Shown piece after piece: positions 62,144 to 64,000 of a stretch of 64,000 nucleotides of DNA. The position numbers were made by a program, and so were the translations under genes. Positions within the stretch are counted from its first letter, which is position 1. Every line of letters begins with the position of its first letter. Below the pieces are notes generated by a model that saw only the letters and a program-made list of their open reading frames with translations, was not told the origin of the DNA and searched no databases. Source of the stretch: Pocillopora damicornis (lineage: Eukaryota); the NCBI RefSeq assembly GCF_003704095.1, contig NW_020844837.1:558001-622000 (forward strand). Reading direction: 5' to 3'.

Positions 62144-63550
62144 AGATGGAAACGACTGCAACAACATCTTCGCCACAATCTGTCACTTACTCTAAAGAGA
62201 ATTTACTATATGCGTATCCCTTGGAAGGTTGTGTAAGACTTCCGATCTCAACGGGTCAGTGATGGCGGGATTTGAAGAGTCGCTTCAGAAGTTGTATCTG
62301 TACCTCAAGTAGGTTCATTACCTGATTACCACACTAAACAGGGTAAAAAGGGAAAAGAATTTAAAAGGCGTTGCACTTTGTTGAAAGAGAACAGATTAGC
62401 CTCGAGACTCCATGCCCACTTAATTAACAATTGTGTTTGAAAGGGGCTCAACCCTCCGAAGAGATACGTTGTAACAATTTTTGTAGTGTTATTGCTAAAT
62501 TTATAATGCAAGGCTAAGCAAGGTGGTGTGTGTGTAAGTGTGTGAGTGTTGGGGAAGAGGATGGGAGGGGAGGGAGGAGAGTCTGACCTGGAAGGTCTTA
62601 CTTTGAAAATGTAGTTAATCATTACGACATAGGATCCTAAAATAACAATAAATTTAATGAAGGCGCTGGTGTCGAATTCTTTTCCCCTTTCGTTCGGTGT
62701 ATGCTCTTGCAATTTGAGATAGAAATCTGCTTAAAAATGCCAGTAAGGTTTCGTGAGATTATTTTCACGGTTTGGACCATGTAAAGAGGGTTCTGTCCTT
62801 TGCAGCTCTTTCGATAAATTATCTCGCGACACTTGGTTTACATAAGATACGTTCCAGAACTTCACCATGTAATTCCCATTTTACTTTTTATTCATAAATA
62901 CTTGCCTGAAATTTTATAGTTATAATATAACAGGTCCAATTATATATCAAAATAATTAATAGAAATCATCTGTTCTGTCACTGCTTCAGGCCACGGCTAA
63001 CGCTCTTCAAACAGTTTTTAAGTTGATGATGGCTGCACAGTCACTCTGTGTTTGTTTTAAAATGCACATACAAGCATGTTTTTTACTCGTGACCATGTGT
63101 GGATAAACTTCCGGACTCACTGATCCCACAGAGAGAAACAACCGCACACAAAGAAAGCCAAACAAACAAGAAAAAAACTATCACGAAACGCGTTCGCGAC
63201 CTCACAATGCGAATTCAACGATTAACATAGAAAGCGACATATTCTCTGCATCGTCGTATTACATTAAAATATATATTCATTTATCCTTGTCTGCAATTTA
63301 TTTTTCTGTTTTTCTGCTCGAGTTAACTTAAACTAAAATAAGTGAAAACTGAAGATAAAAACTAGACCACGACGAATAATCCTCGATAGGGTTTTTCTCA
63401 AAACAATTTCATGTTTCTAACAAACGGACACAAAAGTGAGTGAGTAGACAAATGCAGGGCTTCGCGAAAAATAATGATCTCAAGCTCTTGCTATTTTTTC
63501 CCCTCTGCCTCAGACTCTCAGATGACAGTATTTTGTTGAAAGGACGAATC

Positions 63551-64000
63551 TCAAATGGTCAAGGCGTGACAACCATCGGTAGATTCTTCCGTCACATTTC
63601 TTCCATCCCGATCGTTGTTCGATTTCAGCAAGGCTTCGAGATGGTCTTGAATACTTTGTAATCTGTCAGCTACGCGAGGCATAAGCAGTATCCTTAGTTT
63701 CTCTTGCGCTGAAATTGGTATTGCTGCCAAGGACCACCACAGCCAGGGGGAACCATTTGGTGATAGAAGCAAATGACTATCGGATGGGGGAATAGGTCCT
63801 AAAGAGCTCTCAAGGCAAACTTTCTCGTCATGAGGTAATGCAGCCAGCCATCTCTTCAGCATGTAATGGCTTAACGAGTTGCGCCATTTCAAATGCAGTA
63901 CCGCATGGTAGTCATCGATTCTTGCGTCTTCCAACCATTCCACTTTAGCTTTGGGGCAACCATCCGAAATATTTCTCGTAACAACACGGAATCGTTGTTT
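63551..64000 (-). CDS. 3' end of a LON peptidase N-terminal domain/RING finger-like protein (LONRF-like), truncated by the window edge
   Basis: KQRFRVVTRNISDGCPKAKVEWLED...LGPIP...SPNGSPWLWWSLAAIP...KLRILLM...DRL resembles the C-terminal part of the LON substrate-binding domain of LONRF proteins. Confidence 0.75.
   Translation of the reverse strand, partial: KQRFRVVTRNISDGCPKAKVEWLEDARIDDYHAVLHLKWRNSLSHYMLKRWLAALPHDEKVCLESSLGPIPPSDSHLLLSPNGSPWLWWSLAAIPISAQEKLRILLMPRVADRLQSIQDHLEALLKSNNDRDGRNVTEESTDGCHALTI

Noticed and set aside
1-64000. CRISPR arrays, prokaryotic operons, tRNA/rRNA genes, autonomous transposase or RT ORFs
   Set aside because: None seen. The DNA is spliced eukaryotic sequence and the repeats are short non-autonomous elements.

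Overview
AT-rich, intron-containing animal genomic DNA with three N gaps. The repeat families and gene content suggest a cnidarian, probably a stony coral (inference). Gene models were built by hand from GT-AG junctions with reading phase checked. In order: GNB1L (+); two tandem single-coding-exon Golgi carbohydrate 6-O-sulfotransferases (+); SGSM/RUTBC Rab-GAP (+, part lost in gaps); selenoprotein M (+, with in-frame UGA, a clear SECIS, a probable U12 intron and a long acidic tail); ABHD11 (-) head-to-head with RAB35 (+); a ~1520-aa secreted mosaic protein (-); a divergently oriented 354-aa acidic secreted orphan (+); and the 3' end of a LONRF-like gene (-). The mosaic protein has a signal peptide, 43 in-register (G)G-x-hydrophobic-x pentapeptides with 20-residue super-periodicity, a LamG/ConA-like domain and 4 TSP1 repeats. 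Introns carry many TTAA-ended MITEs, palindromic MITEs and hammerhead-like repeats of the kind linked to Penelope elements. The best novelty candidate is the Gly-pentapeptide/LamG/TSP1 protein together with its acidic secreted neighbour.
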